Below, one piece after another: positions 12,901-27,520 of a stretch of 64,000 nt of DNA. The position numbers and the translations under genes were made by a program. The notes under the pieces were generated by a model that searched no databases, was not told the origin of the DNA, and saw only the letters and a program-made list of their open reading frames with translations. The stretch lies in the NCBI GenBank assembly GCA_964016885.1, contig OZ024744.1, forward strand, positions 1,612,001 to 1,676,000, read 5' to 3'. Each line of letters opens with the position of its first letter. The stretch's first letter is position 1. This DNA comes from Eledone cirrhosa. Taxonomy: Eukaryota.

Positions 12901-15850
12901 CTTCCCTCAGAACTTCGTTCTTCAACAAGCTATCTTTCTCTACCTTGTCTTCCCTCAAAACGTCGTTCTTCACCAAGCTATCTTTCTCTACCTTGCCTTC
13001 CCTCAAAACATCGTTCTTCACCAAGCTATCTTTCTCTACCTTGTCTTCTCCCAAAACTTAGTTATTCACCAAGCTATCTTTCTCTACCTTGTCTTCCGTC
13101 AAAACTTCGTTCTTCACCAAGATATCTTTCTCTACCTTGTCTCCTCCCAAAACTTCGTTCTTCACCAAGCTATCTTTCTCTACCTTGTCTTCCCTCAGAA
13201 CTTCGTTCTTCACCAAGCTATCTTTCTCTACCTTGTCTTCCCCCAAAACTTCGTTCTTCACCAAGCTATCTTTCTCTACATTGTCTTCCCCAAAACTTCG
13301 TTCTTCACCAAGCTATCTTTCACGACCTTGTCTTCCCTCAAAACGTCGTTCTTCACCAAGCTATCTTTCTCTACCTTGTCTTCCCCCAAACTTCGTCCTT
13401 CACCAAGCTATCTTTCTCTACCTTGTCTTCCCCCAAAACTTCGTTCTTCACCAAGCTATCTTTCTCTACCTCGTCTTCCTTCAAAACTTTGTTCTTCACC
13501 AAGCTATCTTTCTCTACCTTGTCTTCCCCCAAAACTTCGTTCTTCACCAAGCTATCTTTCTCTACCTTGTCTTCCCCCAAAACTTCGTTCTTCACCAAGC
13601 TATCTTTCTCTACCTTGTCTTCCCTCAAAACGTCGTTCTTCACCAAGCTATCTTTCTCTACCTTGTCTTCCTCAAAACTACGTTCTTCACCAAGCTATCT
13701 TTCTCTACCTTGTCTTCCCCAAAAACTTCGTTCTTCACCAAGCTATCTTTCTCTACCTCGTCTTCCCTCAAAACTTCGTTCTTCACCAAGCTATCTTTCT
13801 CTACCTTGTCTTCCCCCAAAACTTCGTTCTTCACCAAGTCATATTTCTCTACCTTGTCTTCCCACAAAACGTCATTCTTCACCAAGCTATCTTTCTCTAC
13901 CTTGTCTTCCCCCAAACTTCGTTCTTCACCAAGCTATCTTTCTCTACCTTGTCTTCCCTCAAAACTTCGTTCTTCACCAAGCTATCTTTCTCTACCTCGT
14001 CTTCCCTCAAAACTTTGTTCTTCACCAAGCTATCTTTCTCTACCTCGTCTTCCCTCAAAACTTCGTTCTTCACCAAGCTATCTTTCTCTACCTTGTCTTT
14101 TCCTAAAACTTCGTTCTTCACCAAGCTATCTTTCTCTACCTTGTCTTCCGCCAAAACTTCGTTCTTCACCAAGCTATCTTTCTCTACCTTGTCTTCCCCC
14201 AAAACTTCGTTCTTCACCAAGCTATCTTTCTCTACCTTGTCTTCCCTCAAAACGTCGTTCTTCACCAAGCTATCTTTCTCTACCTTGTCTTCCCCCAAAA
14301 CTTCGTTCTTCACCAAGCTATCTTTCTCTACCTCGTCTTCCCTCAAAACTTCGTTCTTCACCAAGCTATCTTTCTCTACCTTGTCTTCCCCCAAAACTTC
14401 GTTCTTCGCAATCTATCTTTCTCTACCTTGTCTTCCCCCAAAACTTCGTTCTTCAGCAAGCTATCTTTCTCTACCTTGTCTTCCCACAAAACGTCGTTCT
14501 TCACCAAGCTATCTTTCTCTACCTTGTCTTCCCTCAAAACGTCGTTCTTCACCAAGCTATCTTTCTCTACCTTGTCTTCCCTCAAAACATCGTTCTTCAC
14601 CAAGCTATCTTTCTCTACCTTGTCTTCTCCCAAAACTTCGTTATTCACCAAGCTATCTTTCTCTACCTTGTCTTCCCTCAAAACTTCGTTCTTCACCAAG
14701 CTATCTTTCTCTACCTTGTCTTCCCCCAAAACTTCGTTCTTCACCAAGCTATCTTTCTCTACCTTGTCTTCCCCCAAAACTTCGTTCTTCACCAAGCTAT
14801 CTTTCTTTAGCTTGTCTTCACACAAAACTTCGTTCTTCACCAAGCTATCTTTCTCTACCTTGTCTTCCCACAAAACGTCATTCTTCACCAAGCTATCTTT
14901 CTCTACCTTGTCTTCCGTCGAAACTTCGTTCTTCACCAAGATATCTTTCTCTACCTTGTTTTCTCCCAAAACTTCGTTATTCACCAAGCTATCTTTCTCT
15001 ACCTTGTCTTCCCTCAGAACTTCGTTCTTCACCAAGCTATCTTTCTCTACCTTGTCTTCCCTCAAAACGTCGTTCTTCACCAAGCTATCTTTCTCTACCT
15101 TGTCTTCCCTCAAAACATCGTTCTTCACCAAGCTATCTTTCTCTACCTTGTCTTCTCCCAAAACTTCGTTATTCACCAAGCTATCTTTCTCTACCTTGTC
15201 TTCCCTCAAAACTTCGTTCTTCACCAAGCTATCTTTCTCTACCTTGTCTTCCCCCAAAACTTCGTTCTTCACCAAGCTATCTTTCTCTACCTTGTCTTCC
15301 CCCAAAACTTCGTTCTTCACCAAGCTATCTTTCTCTACCTTGTCTTCCCCCAAAACTTCTTTCTTCACCAAGTCATCTTTCTCTACCTTGTCATTCCTCA
15401 AAACTTCGTTCTTCACCAATCTATCTTTCTCTGCCTTGTCTTCCCCCAAAACTTCGTTCTTCACCAAGCTATCTTTCTCTACCTTGTCTTCACACAAAAC
15501 TTCGTTCTTCACCAAGCTATCTTTCTCTACCTTGTCTTCCCACAAAACGTCATTCTTCACCAAGCTATCTTTCTCTACCTTGTCTTCCGTCAAAACTTCG
15601 TTCTTCACCAAGATATCTTCCTCTACCTTGTCTTCTCCCAAAACTTCGTTCTTCACCAAGCTATCTTTCTCTACCTTGTCTTCCCTCAGAACTTCGTTCT
15701 TCACCAAGCTATCTTTCTCTACCTTGTCTTCCCCCAAAACTTCGTTCTTCACCAAGCTATCTTTCTCTACATTGTCTTCTCCAAAACATCGTTCTTCACC
15801 AAGCTATCTTTCTCTACCTTGTCTTTCATCAAAACGTCGATCTTCACCAA
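9950..15850. repeat. Older block duplication, offset ~4362 bp (~9950-11450 vs ~14310-15850)
   Basis: The private variant CTTTCTTTAG has its TAG at 10446 and 14808. The TTCGCAA deletion occurs at ~10044 and ~14406. The rare ACATT...AAAACATCG monomer is at 11359 and 15769, with one extra monomer in the second copy. Confidence 0.8.
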
Positions 15851-16799
15851 GCTATCTTTCTCTACCTTGTCTTCTCCCAAAACTTCGTTATTCACCAAGC
15901 TATCTTTCTCTACCTTGTCTTCCCTCAAAACTTCGTTCTTCACCAAGCTATCTTTCTCTACCTTGTCTTCCCCCAAAACTTCGTTCTTCACCAAGCTATC
16001 TTTCTCTACCTTGTCTTCCCCCAAAACTTCGTTCTTCACCAAGCTATCTTTCTCTACCTTGTCTTCCCCCAAAACTTCGTTCTTCACCAAGCTATCTTTC
16101 TCTACCTTGTCTTCCCACAAAACGTCGTTCTTCACCAAGCTATCTTTCTCTACCTTGTCTTCTCCCAAAACTTCGTTATTCACCAAGCTATCTTTCTGTA
16201 CCTTGTCTTCCCTCAAAACTTCGTTCTTCACCAAGCTATCTTTCTCTACCTTGTCTTCCCCCAAAACTTCGTTCTTCACCAAGTCATCTTTCTCTACCTT
16301 GTCATCCCTCAAAACTTTGTTCTTCACCAATCTATCTTTCTCTACCTTGTCTTCCCCCAAAACTTCGTTCTTCACCAAGCTATCTTTCTCTAGCTTGTCT
16401 TCACACAAAACTTCGTTCTTCACCAAGCTATCTTTCTCTACCTTGTCTTCCCACAAAACGTCATTCTTCACCAAGCTATCTTTCTCTAACTTGTCTTCCC
16501 TCAAAACGTCGTTCTTCACCAAGCTATCTTTCTCTACCTTGTCTTCCCCCAAAACTTCGTTCTTCACCAAGCTATCTTTCTCTACCTTGTCTTCCCCCAA
16601 AACTTCGTTCTTCGCAAGCTATCTTTCTCTACCTTGTCTTCCCCCAAAACTTCGTTCTTCACCAAGCTATCTTTCTCTACCTTGTCTTCCCACAAAACGT
16701 CGTTCTTCACCAAGCTATCTTTCTCTACCTTGTCTTCCCTCAAAACGTCGTTCTTCACCAAGCTATCTTTCTCTACCTTGTCTTCCCTCAAAACATCGT

Positions 16800-18700
16800 T
16801 CTTCACCAAGCTATCTTTCTCTACCTTGTCTTCTCCCAAAACTTCGTTATTCACCAAGCTATCTTTCTCTACCTTGTCTTCCCTCAAAACTTCGTTCTTC
16901 ACCAAGCTATCTTTCTCTACCTTGTCTTCCCCCAAAACTTCGTTCTTCACCAAGCTATCTTTCTCTACCTTGTCTTCCCCCAAAACTTCGTTCTTCACCA
17001 AGCTATCTTTCTCTAGCTTGTCTTCACACAAAACTTCGTTCTTCACCAAGCTATCTTTCTCTACCTTGTCTTCCCACAAAACGTCATTCTTCTCCAAGCT
17101 ATCTTTCTCTACCTTGTCTTCCGTCGAAACTTCGTTCTTCACCAAGATATCTTTCTCTACCTTGTTTTCTCCCAAAACTTCGTTCTTCACCAAGCTATCT
17201 TTCTCTACCTTGTCTTCCCTCAGAACTTCGTTCTTCACCAAGCTATCTTTCTCTACCTTGTCTTCCCTCAAAACGTCGTTCTTCACCAAGCTATCTTTCT
17301 CTACCTTGTCTTCCCTCAAAACATCGTTCTTCACCAAGCTATCTTTCTCTACCTTGTCTTCTCCCAAAACTTCGTTATTCACCAAGCTATCTTTCTCTAC
17401 CTTGTCTTCCCTCAAAACTTCGTTCTTCACCAAGCTATCTTTCTCTACCTTGTCTTCCCCCAAAACTTCGTTCTTCACCAAGCTATCTTTCTCTACCTTG
17501 TCTTCCCCCAAAACTTCTTTCTTCACCAAGTCATCTTTCTCTACCTTGTCATCCCTCAAAACTTCGTTCTTCACCAATCTATCTTTCTCTGCCTTGTCTT
17601 CCCCCAAAACTTCGTTCTTCACCAAGCTATCTTTCTCTACCTTGTCTTCACACAAAACTTCGTTCTTCACCAAGCTATCTTTCTCTACCTTGTCTTCCCA
17701 CAAAACGTCATTCTTCACCAAGCTATCTTTCTCTACCTTGTCTTCCGTCAAAACTTCGTTCTTCACCAAGATATCTTTCTCTACCTTGTCTTCTCCCAAA
17801 ACTTCGTTCTTCACCAAGCTATCTTTCTCTACCTTGTCTTCCCTCAAAACGTCGTTCTTCACCAAGCTATCTTTCTCTACCTTGTCTTCCCTCAAAACAT
17901 CGTTCTTCACCAAGCTATCTTTCTCTACCTTGTCTTCTCCCAAAACTTCGTTATTCACCAAGCTATCTTTCTCTACCTTGTCTTCCCTCAAAACTTCGTT
18001 CTTCACCAAGCTATCTTTCTCTACCTTGTCTTCCCCCAAAACTTCGTTCTTCACCAAGCTATCTTTCTCTACCTTGTCTTCCCCCAAAACTTCGTTCTTC
18101 ACCAAGCTATCTTTCTCTAGCTTGTCTTCACACAAAACTTCGTTCTTCACCAAGCTATCTTTCTCTACCTTGTCTTCCCACAAAACGTCATTCTTCACCA
18201 AGCTATCTTTCTCTACCTTGTCGTCCGTCGAAACTTCGTTCTTCACCAAGATATCTTTCTCTACCTTGTTTTCTCCCAAAACTTCGTTCTTCACCAAGCT
18301 ATCTTTCTCTAGCTTGTCTTCACACAAAACTTCGTTCTTCACCAAGCTATCTTTCTCTACCTGGTCTTCCCACAAAACGTCATTCTTCACCAAGCTATCT
18401 TTCTCTACCTTGTCTTCCGTCGAAACTTCGTTCTTCACCAAGATATCTTTCTCTACCTTGTTTTCTCCCAAAACTTCGTTCTTCACCAAGCTATCTTTCT
18501 CTACCTTGTCTTCCCTCAGAACTTCGTTCTTCAACAAGCTATCTTTCTCTACCTTGTCTTCCCTCAAAACGTCGTTCTTCACCAAGCTATCTTTCTCTAC
18601 CTTGCCTTCCCTCAAAACATCGTTCTTCACCAAGCTATCTTTCTCTACCTTGTCTTCTCCCAAAACTTCGTTATTCACCAAGCTATCTTTCTCTACCTTG
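16800..18700. repeat. Representative higher-order repeat (HOR) stretch: 11-, 12- and 15-monomer units (528/576/720 bp)
   Basis: The marker variant CGTTATTC occurs at ~16848, 17376, 17952 and 18672 (spacings 528, 576, 720). The same spacings recur at 3091/3811, 6830/7550, 10280/10808 and 11960/12536/13064, with conserved variant order. Confidence 0.85.
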
Positions 18701-21700
18701 TCTTCCCTCAAAACTTCGTTCTTCACCAAGCTATCTTTCTCTACCTTGTCTTCCCCCAAAACTTCGTTCTTCACCAAGCTATCTTTCTCTACCTTGTCTT
18801 CCCCCAAAACTTCGTTCTTCACCAAGCTATCTTTCTCTACCTTGTCTTTCCCCAAAACTTCTTTCTTCACCAAGTCATCTTTCTCTACCTTGTCATCCCT
18901 CAAAACTTCGTTCTTCACCAATCTATCTTTCTCTGCCTTGTCTTCCCCCAAAACTTCGTTCTTCACCAAGCTATCTTTCTCTACCTTGTCTTCACACAGA
19001 ACTTCGTTCTTCACCAAGCTATCTTTCTCTACCTTGTCTTCCCACAAAACGTCATTCTTCACCAAGCTATCTTTCTCTACCTTGTCTTCCGTCAAAACTT
19101 CGTTCTTCACCAAGATATCTTTCTCTACCTTGTCTTCTCCCAAAACTTCGTTCTTCACCAAGATATCTTTCTCTACCTTGTCTTCACTCAGAACTTCGTT
19201 CTTCACCAAGCTATCTTTCTCTACCTTGTCTTCCCCCAAAACTTCGTTCTTCACCAAGCTATCTTTCTCTACATTGTCTTCCCCAAAACTTCGTTCTTCA
19301 CCAAGCTATCTTTCTCTACCTTGTCTTTCATCAAAACGTCGTTCTTCACCAAGCTCTCTTTCTCTACCTTGTCTTCCCCAAAAACTTCGTTCTTCGCCAA
19401 GCTATCTTTCTCTACCTTGTCTTCCCCCAAAACTTCGTTCTTCACCAAGCTATCTTTCTCTACCTTGTCTTCCCACAAAACGTCGTTCTTCACCAAGCTA
19501 TCTTTCTCTACCTTGTCTTCCCTCAAAACGTCGTTCTTCACCAAGCTATCTTTCTCTACCTTGTCTTCCCTCAAAACATCGTTCTTCACCAAGCTATCTT
19601 TCTCTACCTTGTCTTCCCTCAAAACTTCGTTCTTCACCAAGCTATCTTTCTCTACATTGTCTTCCCCAAAACTTCGTTCTTCACCAAGCTATCTTTCTCT
19701 ACCTTGTCTTTCATCAAAACGTCGTTCTTCACCAAGCTCTCTTTCTCTACCTTGTCTTCCCCAAAAACTTCGTTCTTCGCCAAGCTATCTTTCTCTACCT
19801 TGTCTTCCCCCAAAACTTCGTTCTTCACCAAGCTATCTTTCTCTACCTTGTCTTCCCACAAAACGTCGTTCTTCACCAAGCTATCTTTCTCTACCTTGTC
19901 TTCCCTCAAAACGTCGTTCTTCACCAAGCTATCTTTCTCTACCTTGTCTTCCCTCAAAACTTCGTTCTTCACCAAGCTATCTTTCTCTACCTTGTCTTCC
20001 CCCAAAACTTCGTTCTTCACCAAGTCATCTTTCTCTACCTTGTCATCCCTCAAAATTTGTTCTTCACCAATCTATCTTTCTCTACATTGTCTTCCCCAAA
20101 AACTTCGTTCTTCACCAAGCTATCTTTCTCTAGCTTGTCTTCACACAAAACTTCGTTCTTCACCAAGCTATCTTTCTCTACCTTGTCTTCCCACAAAACG
20201 TCATTCTTCACCAAGCTATCTTTCTCTACCTTGTCTTCCGTCAAAACTTCGTTCTTCACCAAGATATCTTTCTCTACCTTGTCTCCTCCCAAAACTTCGT
20301 TCTTCACCAAGCTATCTTTCTCTACCTTGTCTTCCCTCAGAACTTCGTTCTTCACGAAGCTATCTTTCTCTACCTTGTCTTCCCTCAGAACTTCGTTCTT
20401 CACCAAGCTATCTTTCTCTACCTTGTCTTCCCTCAAAACGTCGTTCTTCACCAAGCTATCTTTCTCTACCTTGTCTTCCCTCAAAACATCGTTCTTCACC
20501 AAGCTATCTTTCTCTACCTTGTCTTCTCCCAAAACTTCGTTATTCACCAAGCTATCTTTCTCTACCTTGTCTTCCCTCAAAACTTCGTTCTTCACCAAGC
20601 TATCTTTCTCTACCTTGTCTTCCCCCAAAACTTCGTTCTTCACCAAGCTATCTTTCTCTACCTTGTCTTCCCCCAAAACTTCTTTCTTCACCAAGTCATC
20701 TTTCTCTACCTTGTCATCCCTCAAAACTTCGTTCTTCACCAATCTATCTTTCTCTGCCTTGTCTTCTCCCAAAACTTCGTTCTTCACCAAGCTATCTTTC
20801 TCTAGCTTGTCTTCACACAAAACTTCGTTCTTCACCAAGCTATCTTTCTCTACCTTGTCTTCCCACAAAACGTCATTCTTCACCAAGCTATCTTTCTCTA
20901 CCTTGTCTTCCGTCGAAACTTCGTTCTTCACCAAGATATCTTTCTCTACCTTGTTTTCTCCCAAAACTTCGTTCTTCACCAAGCTATCTTTCTCTACCTT
21001 GTCTTCCCTCAGAACTTCGTTCTTCACCAAGCTATCTTTCTCTACCTTGTCTTCCCTCAAAACGTCGTTCTTCACCAAGCTATCTTTCTCTACCTTGCCT
21101 TCCCTCAAAACATCGTTCTTCACCAAGCTATCTTTCTCTACCTTGTCTTCTCCCAAAACTTCGTTATTCACCAAGCTATCTTTCTCTACCTTGTCTTCCC
21201 TCAAAACTTCGTTCTTCACCAAGCTATCTTTCTCTACCTTGTCTTCCCCCAAAACTTCGTTCTTCACCAAGCTATCTTTCTCTACCTTGTCTTCCCCCAA
21301 AACTTCGTTCTTCACCAAGCTATCTTTCTCTACCTTGTCTTTCCCCAAAAGTTCTTTCTTCACCAAGTCATCTTTCTCTACCTTGTCATCCCTCAAAACT
21401 TCGTTCTTCACCAATCTATCTTTCTCTGCCTTGTCTTCCCCCAAAACTTCGTTCTTCACCAAGCTATCTTTCTCTACCTTGTCTTCACACAAAACTTCGT
21501 TCTTCACCAAGCTATCTTTCTCTACCTTGTCTTCCCACAAAACGTCATTCTTCACCAAGCTATCTTTCTCTACCTTGTCTTCCGTCAAAACTTCGTTCTT
21601 CACCAAGATATCTTTCTCTACCTTGTCTTCTCCCAAAACTTCGTTCTTCACCAAGCTATCTTTCTCTACCTTGTCTTCCCTCAGAACTTCGTTCTTCACC

Positions 21701-22439
21701 AAGCTATCTTTCTCTACCTTGTCTTCCCTCAGAATTTCGTTCTTCACCAAGCTATCTTTCTCTACATTGTCTTCCCCAAAACTTCGTTCTTCACCAAGCT
21801 ATCTTTCTCTACCTTGTCTTTCATCAAAACGTCGTTCTTCACCAAGCTCTCTTTCTCTACCTTGTCTTCCCCCAAAACTTCGTTCTTCGCCAAGCTATCT
21901 TTCTCGACCTTGTCTTCCCCCAAAACTTCGTTCTTCACCAAGCTATCTTTCTCTACCTTGTCTTCCCACAAAACTTCGTTCTTCACCAAGCTATCTTTCT
22001 CTACCTTGTCTTCCCTCAGAACTTCGTTCTTCACCAAGCTATCTTTCTCTACATTGTCTTCCCCAAAACTTCGTTCTTCACCAAGCTATCTTTCTCTACC
22101 TTGTCTTTCATCAAAACGTCGTTCTTCACCAAGCTCTCTTTCTCTACCTTGTCTTCCCCCAAAACTTCGTTCTTCGCCAAGCTATCTTTCTCGACCTTGT
22201 CTTCCCCCAAAACTTCGTTCTTCACCAAGCTATCTTTCTCTACCTTGTCTTCCCACAAAACGTCGTTCTTCACCAAGCTATCTTTCTCTACCTTGTCTTC
22301 CCTCAAAACGTCGTTCTTCACCAAGCTATCTTTCTCTACCTTGTCTTCCCTCAAAACATCGTTCTTCACCAAGCTATCTTTCTCTACCTTGTCTTCCCTC
22401 AAAACTTCGTTCTTCACCAAGCTATCTTTCTCTACCTTG

Positions 22440-25400
22440 TCTTCCCCCAAAACTTCGTTCTTCACCAAGCTATCTTTCTCTACCTTGTCTTCCCCCAAAA
22501 CTTCGTTCTTCACCAAGCTATCTTTCTCTACCTTGTCTTTCCCCAAAACTTCTTTCTTCACCAAGTCATCTTTCTCTACCTTGTCATCCCTCAAAACTTC
22601 GTTCTTCACCAATCTATCTTTCTCTGCCTTGTCTTCCCCCAAAACTTCGTTCTTCACCAAGCTATCTTTCTCTACCTTGTCTTCCCCCAAAACTTCGTTC
22701 TTCACCAAGCTATCTTTCTCTACCTTGTCTTCCCCCAAAACTTCGTTCTTCACCAAGCTATCTTTCTCTACCTCGTCTTCCCTCAAAACTTCGTTCTTCA
22801 CCAAGATATCTTTCTCTACCTTGTCTCCTCCCAAAACTTCTTTCTTCACCAAGTCATCTTTCTCTACCTTGTCATCCCTCAAAACTTCGTTCTTCACCAA
22901 TCTATCTTTCTCTGCCTTGTCTTCCCCCAAAACTTCGTTCTTCACCAAGCTATCTTTCTCTACCTTGTCTTCACACAAAACTTCGTTCTTCACCAAGCTA
23001 TCTTTCTCTACCTTGTCTTCCGTCAAAACTTCGTTCTTCACCAAGATATCTTTCTCTACCTTGTCTTCTCCCAAAACTTCGTTCTTCACCAAGCTATATT
23101 TCTCTACCTTGTCTTCCCTCAAAACGTCGTTCTTCACCAAGCTATCTTTCTCTACCTTGTCTTCCCTCAAAACATCGTTCTTCACCAAGCTATCTTTCTC
23201 TACCTTGTCTTCTCCCAAAACTTCGTTATTCACCAAGCTATCTTTCTCTACCTTGTCTTCCCTCAAAACTTCGTTCTTCACCAAGCTATCTTTCTCTACC
23301 TTGTCTTCCCCCAAAACTTCGTTCTTCACCAAGCTATCTTTCTCTAGCTTGTCTTCACACAAAACTTCGTTCTTCACCAAGCTATCTTTCTCTACCTTGT
23401 GTTCCCACAAAACGTCATTCTTCACCAAGCTATCTTTCTCTACCTTGTCTTCCGTCGAAACTTCGTTCTTCACCAAGATATCTTTCTCTACCTTGTTTTC
23501 TCCCAAAACTTCGTTCTTCACCAAGCTATCTTTCTCTAGCTTGTCTTCACACAAAACTTCGTTCTTCACGAAGCTATCTTTCTCTACCTTGTCTTCCCAC
23601 AAAACGTCATTCTTCACCAAGCTATCTTTCTCTACCTTGTCTTCCGTCGAAACTTCGTTCTTCACCAAGATATCTTTCTCTACCTTGTTTTCTCCCAAAA
23701 CTTCGTTCTTCACCAAGCTATCTTTCTCTAGCTTGTCTTCACACAAAACTTCGTTCTTCACCAAGCTATCTTTCTCTACCTTGTCTTCCACAAAACGTCA
23801 TTCTTCACCAAGATATCTTTCTCTACCTTGTTTTCTCTCAAAACTTCGTTCTTCAACAAGCTATCTTTCTCTACCTTGTCTTCCCTCAGAACTTCGTTCT
23901 TCAACAAGCTATCTTTCTCTACCTTGTCTTCCCTCAAAACGTCGTTCTTCACCAAGCCATCTTTCTCTACCTTGCCTTCCCTCAAAACATCGTTCTTCAC
24001 CAAGCTATCTTTCTCTACCTTGTCTTCTCCCAAAACTTCGTTATTCACCAAGCTATCTTTCTCTACCTTGTCTTCCCTCAAAACTTCGTTCTTCACCAAG
24101 CTATCTTTCTCTACCTTGTCTTCCCCCAAAACTTCGTTCTTCACCAAGCTATCTTTCTCTAGCTTGTCTTCACACAAAACTTCGTTCTTCACCAAGCTAT
24201 CTTTCTCTACCTTGTCTTCCCACAAAACGTCATTCTTCACCAAGCTATCTTTCTCTACCTTGTCTTCCGTCGAAACTTCGTTCTTCACCAAGATATCTTT
24301 CTCTACCTTGTTTTCTCCCAAAACTTCGTTCTTCACCAAGCTATCTTTCTCTAGCTTGTCTTCACACAAAACTTCGTTCTTCACGAAGCTATCTTTCTCT
24401 ACCTTGTCTTCCCACAAAACGTCATTCTTCACCAAGCTATCTTTCTCTACCTTGTCTTCCGTCGAAACTTCGTTCTTCACCAAGATATCTTTCTCTACCT
24501 TGTTTTCTCCCAAAACTTCGTTCTTCACCAAGCTATCTTTCTCTAGCTTGTCTTCACACAAAACTTCGTTCTTCACCAAGCTATCTTTCTCTACCTTGTC
24601 TTCCCACAAAACGTCATTCTTCACCAAGATATCTTTCTCTACCTTGTTTTCTCCCAAAACTTCGTTCTTCAACAAGCTATCTTTCTCTACCTTGTCTTCC
24701 CTCAGAACTTCGTTCTTCAACAAGCTATCTTTCTCTACCTTGTCTTCCCTCAAAACGTCGTTCTTCACCAAGCCATCTTTCTCTACCTTGCCTTCCCTCA
24801 AAACATCGTTCTTCACCAAGCTATCTTTCTCTACCTTGTCTTCTCCCAAAACTTCGTTATTCACCAAGCTATCTTTCTCTACCTTGTCTTCCCTCAAAAC
24901 TTCGTTCTTCACCAAGCTATCTTTCTCTACCTTGTCTTCCCCCAAAACTTCGTTCTTCACCAAGCTATCTTTCTCTACCTTGTCTTTCCCCAAAACTTCT
25001 TTCTTCACCAAGTCATCTTTCTCTACCTTGTCATCCCTCAAAACTTCGTTCTTCACCAATCTATCTTTCTCTGCCTTGTCTTCCCCCAAAACTTCGTTCT
25101 TCACCAAGCTATCTTTCTCTACCTTGTCTTCCCCCAAAACTTCGTTCTTCACCAAGCTATCTTTCTCTACCTTGTCTTCCCCCAAAACTTCGTTCTTCAC
25201 CAAGCTATCTTTCTCTACCTCGTCTTCCCTCAAAACTTCGTTCTTCACCAAGATATCTTTCTCTACCTTGTCTCCTCCCAAAACTTCTTTCTTCACCAAG
25301 TCATCTTTCTCTACCTTGTCATCCCTCAAAACTTCGTTCTTCACCAATCTATCTTTCTCTGCCTTGTCTTCCCCCAAAACTTCGTTCTTCACCAAGCTAT

Positions 25401-27520
25401 CTTTCTCTACCTTGTCTTCACACAAAACTTCGTTCTTCACCAAGCTATCTTTCTCTACCTTGTCTTCCGTCAAAACTTCGTTCTTCACCAAGATATCTTT
25501 CTCTACCTTGTCTTCTCCCAAAACTTCGTTCTTCACCAAGCTATATTTCTCTACCTTGTCTTCCCTCAAAACGTCGTTCTTCACCAAGCTATCTTTCTCT
25601 ACCTTGTCTTCCCTCAAAACATCGTTCTTCACCAAGCTATCTTTCTCTACCTTGTCTTCTCCCAAAACTTCGTTATTCACCAAGCTATCTTTCTCTACCT
25701 TGTCTTCCCTCAAAACTTCGTTCTTCACCAAGCTATCTTTCTCTACCTTGTCTTCACACAAAACTTCGTTCTTCACCAAGCTATCTTTCTCTACCTTGTG
25801 TTCCCACAAAACGTCATTCTTCACCAAGCTATCTTTCTCTACCTTGTCTTCCGTCGAAACTTCGTTCTTCACCAAGATATCTTTCTCTACCTTGTTTTCT
25901 CCCAAAACTTCGTTCTTCACCAAGCTATCTTTCTCTAGCTTGTCTTCACACAAAACTTCGTTCTTCACGAAGCTATCTTTCTCTACCTTGTCTTCCCACA
26001 AAACGTCATTCTTCACCAAGCTATCTTTCTCTACCTTGTCTTCCGTCGAAACTTCGTTCTTCACCAAGATATCTTTCTCTACCTTGTTTTCTCCCAAAAC
26101 TTCGTTCTTCACCAAGCTATCTTTCTCTAGCTTGTCTTCACACAAAACTTCGTTCTTCACCAAGCTATCTTTCTCTACCTTGTCTTCCCACAAAACGTCA
26201 TTCTTCACCAAGATATCTTTCTCTACCTTGTTTTCTCTCAAAACTTCGTTCTTCAACAAGCTATCTTTCTCTACCTTGTCTTCCCTCAGAACTTCGTTCT
26301 TCAACAAGCTATCTTTCTCTACCTTGTCTTCCCTCAAAACGTCGTTCTTCACCAAGCCATCTTTCTCTACCTTGCCTTCCCTCAAAACATCGTTCTTCAC
26401 CAAGCTATCTTTCTCTACCTTGTCTTCTCCCAAAACTTCGTTATTCACCAAGCTATCTTTCTCTACCTTGTCTTCCCTCAAAACTTCGTTCTTCACCAAG
26501 CTATCTTTCTCTACCTTGTCTTCCCCCAAAACTTCGTTCTTCACCAAGCTATCTTTCTCTAGCTTGTCTTCACACAAAACTTCGTTCTTCACCAAGCTAT
26601 CTTTCTCTACCTTGTCTTCCCACAAAACGTCATTCTTCACCAAGCTATCTTTCTCTACCTTGTCTTCCGTCGAAACTTCGTTCTTCACCAAGATATCTTT
26701 CTCTACCTTGTTTTCTCCCAAAACTTCGTTCTTCACCAAGCTATCTTTCTCTAGCTTGTCTTCACACAAAACTTCGTTCTTCACGAAGCTATCTTTCTCT
26801 ACCTTGTCTTCCCACAAAACGTCATTCTTCACCAAGCTATCTTTCTCTACCTTGTCTTCCGTCGAAACTTCGTTCTTCACCAAGATATCTTTCTCTACCT
26901 TGTTTTCTCCCAAAACTTCGTTCTTCACCAAGCTATCTTTCTCTAGCTTGTCTTCACACAAAACTTCGTTCTTCACCAAGCTATCTTTCTCTACCTTGTC
27001 TTCCCACAAAACGTCATTCTTCACCAAGATATCTTTCTCTACCTTGTTTTCTCCCAAAACTTCGTTCTTCAACAAGCTATCTTTCTCTACCTTGTCTTCC
27101 CTCAGAACTTCGTTCTTCAACAAGCTATCTTTCTCTACCTTGTCTTCCCTCAAAACGTCGTTCTTCACCAAGCCATCTTTCTCTACCTTGCCTTCCCTCA
27201 AAACATCGTTCTTCACCAAGCTATCTTTCTCTACCTTGTCTTCTCCCAAAACTTCGTTATTCACCAAGCTATCTTTCTCTACCTTGTCTTCCCTCAAAAC
27301 TTCGTTCTTCACCAAGCTATCTTTCTCTACCTTGTCTTCCCCCAAAACTTCGTTCTTCACCAAGCTATCTTTCTCTACCTTGTCTTTCCCCAAAACTTCT
27401 TTCTTCACCAAGTCATCTTTCTCTACCTTGTCATCCCTCAAAACTTCGTTCTTCACCAATCTATCTTTCTCTGCCTTGTCTTCCCCCAAAACTTCGTTCT
27501 TCACCAAGCTATCTTTCTCT
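22440..27520. repeat. Recent tandem duplication, period ~2400 bp (50-51 monomers)
   Basis: Lines 23821-25081 match lines 26221-27481 (offset 2400). Private variants CTATATTT (23095/25542) and TTGTGTTCC (23401/25800) are shared. Confidence 0.9.
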